A stretch of 39,779 nt of DNA. Source: Bacteroidales bacterium (lineage in GTDB: Bacteria > Bacteroidota > Bacteroidia > Bacteroidales > JAADGE01). The stretch covers positions 1 to 39,779 of the forward strand of contig JANTGL010000001.1 in the NCBI GenBank assembly GCA_024762915.1, read 5' to 3'. Every line of letters begins with the position of its first letter. The stretch's first letter is position 1. Of the stretch, positions 37,126 through 39,779 are shown piece by piece. The position numbers were made by a program, and so were the translations under genes. Under the pieces are notes generated by a model. That model was not told the origin of the DNA, did not search any database, and saw only the letters and a list, made by a program, of their open reading frames with translations.

Positions 37126-37254
37126 TTAGGAGTCAGGGATTAGAAATTAGGTGTTAGTGGTTAGGAATTAGAAGAAAGAAGATTTATTTTTATAAAATAA
37201 TACGTTTTTTACTGTTTATATACTATTTCCTCGTTCCTAATTCCTTAGTTCTGA
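37126..37254. repeat. inverted arrays of TTAGGAA-like heptad repeats flanking an A/T-rich spacer (possible long terminator hairpin or protein-binding array)
   Basis: Seven to eight tandem heptads lie at 37126-37181: ttaggag tcaggga ttagaaa ttaggtg ttagtgg ttaggaa ttagaag aaagaag. Three to four lie in inverse orientation at 37227-37254: ttcctcg ttcctaa ttcctta gttctga. TTCCTAA is the exact reverse complement of TTAGGAA. Confidence 0.7.
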
Positions 37255-37297
37255 TAACTCTCAACTTTATAAACTTTATACTATAAACTAAATTAAA

Positions 37298-38686
37298 ATG
37301 AATTACGACATAATAATCATAGGAAGCGGGCCCGGCGGATATGTTGCGGCAATCAGAGCATCGCAACTGGGAATGAATGTAGCTGTTGTCGAACGGGCGG
37401 AAATAGGCGGTATTTGCCTTAATTGGGGCTGTATTCCTACAAAATCATTATTGAAAAGCGCACAAGTTTACGATTATATCAAACATTCCGAAAATTACGG
37501 TATAAATGTTGACGGATATAAAGCCGATTTTTCGAAAATCATAGAAAGAAGTCGCGGTATTGCCGAGCAGATGAGCAAAGGCGTACAATATCTTTTTAAG
37601 AAAAATAAAATAACGGTTTTGCAAGGTTTCGGAAAACTTGCCGGAAAAAATACGGTTGAAGTTAAAGATGCAGAAGGAAATATTGAAAAATACACTGCCG
37701 ATCATATTATTTTGGCAACCGGTTCTCGTTCCAAAGAATTACCGAATTTAAAACAAGACGGTAAAAAAATAATCGGTTATCGTGAAGCATTAACTTTGGA
37801 AAAGCAACCCGAAAGTATGATTGTTGTCGGTTCGGGAGCCATCGGAACGGAATTGGCATTTTTTTATAATTCAATCGGCACGCAAGTAACATTGGTTGAG
37901 TTTCTGCCGAATGTGTTACCGATTGAAGATGAGGATGTTTCAAAACAAATCGGGCGTTCCTTAAAAAAAGCAAAAATAAAAGTCATGGTGTCTTCATCGG
38001 TTGAAAAAGTTGATGTTGAAAATGATAAATGTATCGTTATAATTAACTCAAAAGGGAAAGAAGTTAAAGTTGAAACGGAAATTGTTTTATCGGCAGTCGG
38101 CGTTGTTTCGAATTTGGAAAATGTCGGTATTGAAGAAGCCGGTATCGAGCTTGAAAAAGGCAAAATTAAAGTTGATGATTTTTATCGAACCGATGTTGAA
38201 GGAGTTTATGCTATCGGTGATATTGTTCACGGGCAGGCATTGGCACATGTGGCATCGGCAGAAGGTATTTGCTGTGTAGAGAAAATTGCCGGTTTAAATC
38301 CCGAACCGATTGATTACGGCAAAGTTCCGGCTGCGGTTTATACGACACCCGAAGTTGCCTCGGTCGGTTTAACCGAAAAAGCTGCAGCAGAGAACGGTTA
38401 CGAAGTAAAAACAGGAAAATTTCCTTTTACGGCATCCGGAAAAGCAACGGCTGCCGGTAATCGCGACGGATTTATAAAATTAATTTTTGACGCAAAAACC
38501 GATAAATTAATCGGAGCACATTTTGTCGGATTAAACGTCAGCGAAATGATTGCCGAAGCCGTAGTATCATTAAAACTCGGAGCACAAGGACACGATTTAA
38601 TAAAATCAATCCATCCGCATCCGACAATGTCGGAAGCAATTATGGAAGCGGCTGCAGCGGCTTATGATGAGGTTATTCATATTTAA
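37298..38686 (+). CDS. lpdA: dihydrolipoyl dehydrogenase (E3 component)
   Basis: 462 aa. It has an FAD-binding GSGPGGY motif, the redox-active disulfide GGICLNWGCIPTK, the NAD-binding GSGAIGTE motif and the C-terminal interface motif HPHPTMSEA. Confidence 0.95.
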   Translation: MNYDIIIIGSGPGGYVAAIRASQLGMNVAVVERAEIGGICLNWGCIPTKSLLKSAQVYDYIKHSENYGINVDGYKADFSKIIERSRGIAEQMSKGVQYLFKKNKITVLQGFGKLAGKNTVEVKDAEGNIEKYTADHIILATGSRSKELPNLKQDGKKIIGYREALTLEKQPESMIVVGSGAIGTELAFFYNSIGTQVTLVEFLPNVLPIEDEDVSKQIGRSLKKAKIKVMVSSSVEKVDVENDKCIVIINSKGKEVKVETEIVLSAVGVVSNLENVGIEEAGIELEKGKIKVDDFYRTDVEGVYAIGDIVHGQALAHVASAEGICCVEKIAGLNPEPIDYGKVPAAVYTTPEVASVGLTEKAAAENGYEVKTGKFPFTASGKATAAGNRDGFIKLIFDAKTDKLIGAHFVGLNVSEMIAEAVVSLKLGAQGHDLIKSIHPHPTMSEAIMEAAAAAYDEVIHI

Positions 38687-38697
38687 CAGTAAAGTTA

Positions 38698-39126
38698 TTA
38701 AAGCACTTTTTCCATTTCAAAGTGAGGAATTCCGATTTCAAAAAATTCCTCACTTGTAATTTTATAATTTAGTTTTTGATAAAAAGGAACAGCCGTTTTT
38801 CGAGCGTGCAGAATAAATTTTTTATACTGTTTAGTTCGGGCAAATTCTTCCGAAAACAGGACAAGTTTGCTGCCGTATCCTTTTCCTTGCAGGTTTTCGT
38901 CAACGGCAACTTGCCGCATTTTCAGAACGGTATCGGATAAGGGTTTTAAATGCAAAACCGCTTTTATTTCATTTTGCTCAAACAGTCCGAGAATATATTC
39001 CTCTTTGTCTTGGGTTAAAAATTCGTCGATAAAAACCATTCCGAGCGGTTTACGAAGAATTTTATCGCGCAAAATTAAAGATTGCTCGTATTCGGGTGAT
39101 TGATATTTTATTTGTTTTAGTTGCAA
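38698..39126 (-). CDS. GNAT-family N-acetyltransferase
   Basis: 142 aa with acetyl-CoA binding motif A, QVAVDENLQGKGYGSKLV. The substrate is unknown. Confidence 0.8.
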   Translation of the reverse strand: MQLKQIKYQSPEYEQSLILRDKILRKPLGMVFIDEFLTQDKEEYILGLFEQNEIKAVLHLKPLSDTVLKMRQVAVDENLQGKGYGSKLVLFSEEFARTKQYKKFILHARKTAVPFYQKLNYKITSEEFFEIGIPHFEMEKVL

Positions 39127-39207
39127 TATAAAAAATCGATTTAACTATATGTAATGTTGATTTTTACATGATTAATTTTCGTATGTCATTGATATATAAG
39201 GGGTTCC

Positions 39208-39779
39208 CTACTTATACTTACTATAATTTACTTTCCTGCCGTTAAGAGCTTGAACGGGTCTGTAATTGTTATCCAAAATATTTGAAAATTTATCAATTTG
39301 TTCCTTAGATGCTTCTACAGGATTTTTAAATATAAACCAGCTTACAATTTCCGAACAAGGCGGTGTTGTTAATGAACCGCTATAATAATAGAAAGACTTG
39401 TTTTCAGGAAATAATTTTAATAAATCAATCATTTCGTTTGCTTTATATTCACCTTTTTGTGTCGGAAATTTATCTAAATATTTTTTAAATAAATCATTCT
39501 CTTTTCCTTCTTTAAACATAACAGCCAGAACGGCAAAATCAGTATCAGAATACTTATGTACAAAGTGTACTTCTAAAGGAAAATGTTTACCGTCAATAGT
39601 GTGTTCACTTAATGCATGGTAATGGAACTGTATAAGTTTGTAATCTTTACCGTTTAAATTCACCGTGTTTTCTCCGTCAACATTAAATTGTAAAGTATGA
39701 GAATTGTTAATAATGTTTACTTTAGACTTGCCGTAGTTGAACTTCGGGGCTTTCACATCATCTGATTTAACAAGGGTTT
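39208..39779 (-). CDS. alpha-class carbonic anhydrase (N-terminus outside the window)
   Basis: Motifs: QFHYHALSEHTIDGKHFPLEVHFVH (three zinc His), YYYSGSLTTPPCSE and NYRPVQALNGR. The frame stays open past the GTG at 39756 to the window edge (..TLVKSDDVKAPKF..), so the gene is 5'-truncated here. Confidence 0.9.
   Translation of the reverse strand, partial: TLVKSDDVKAPKFNYGKSKVNIINNSHTLQFNVDGENTVNLNGKDYKLIQFHYHALSEHTIDGKHFPLEVHFVHKYSDTDFAVLAVMFKEGKENDLFKKYLDKFPTQKGEYKANEMIDLLKLFPENKSFYYYSGSLTTPPCSEIVSWFIFKNPVEASKEQIDKFSNILDNNYRPVQALNGRKVNYSKYK

Noticed and set aside
37126-37181. TTAGG-type heptads as telomere-like or CRISPR-like repeats
   Set aside because: The array is about 56 nt, degenerate, has no spacers and lies in an ordinary intergenic region of what appears to be a bacterial chromosome. 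It is reported only as an intergenic repeat or hairpin.
1-39779. Search for mobile elements, prophage or defence genes, CRISPR arrays, tRNA/rRNA genes and riboswitches (e.g. a lysine riboswitch before lysA)
   Set aside because: I saw no transposase, integrase, recombinase, nuclease or helicase-type ORFs. There are no regularly spaced direct repeats and no tRNA-like T-arm (GGTTCGAATCC-type) sequence in any intergenic gap. The lysA upstream region is only 114 nt of A/T-rich promoter-like DNA, too short for a lysine riboswitch.

Overview
This is an AT-rich chromosomal segment that looks like Bacteroidota. It has a SusC/SusD pair, many lipoprotein or signal-peptide N-termini, and TTTG(-33)/TAnnTTTG(-7)-type promoter motifs. 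I found no rRNA, tRNA, CRISPR array, transposase or integrase. Most of the window is housekeeping metabolism: ilvD(partial)-ilvB-ilvN-ilvC, lysA, kbl, thyA-folA, malQ, nadC, lpd and an alpha-carbonic anhydrase (partial). Three accessory loci stand out. (1) At 7187-18704, next to lysA, a SusC/SusD transporter pair sits among four peptidoglycan stem-peptide enzymes: an NlpC/P60 gamma-D-Glu-DAP endopeptidase, an L-Ala-D/L-Glu epimerase, an LD-carboxypeptidase and a PBP4-type DD-peptidase. An NhaC-family permease completes the locus. All four enzymes carry export signals, so this reads as a periplasmic stem-peptide utilisation locus. (2) At 34169-37122 there is a translationally coupled orphan cassette: CheR-like methyltransferase, CheB-like methylesterase, then a 2-TM GAF protein, overlapping nadC. 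No MCP, CheA, CheW or CheY lies in the window. This is my best candidate for an undescribed signalling system. (3) At 26832-30134 a 1100-aa protein fuses a periplasmic beta-propeller/Y_Y_Y sensor to a PP2C/SpoIIE phosphatase. A soluble PP2C paralog lies at 18849-19808. Smaller oddities are a DCC-family thiol oxidoreductase gene with no canonical start codon, inverted arrays of TTAGGAA-like heptads after nadC, and an unusually long, structured SusC-SusD spacer. All domain calls were made by eye from the translated ORFs. Coordinates come from the ORF track, with start codons re-examined in the sequence.
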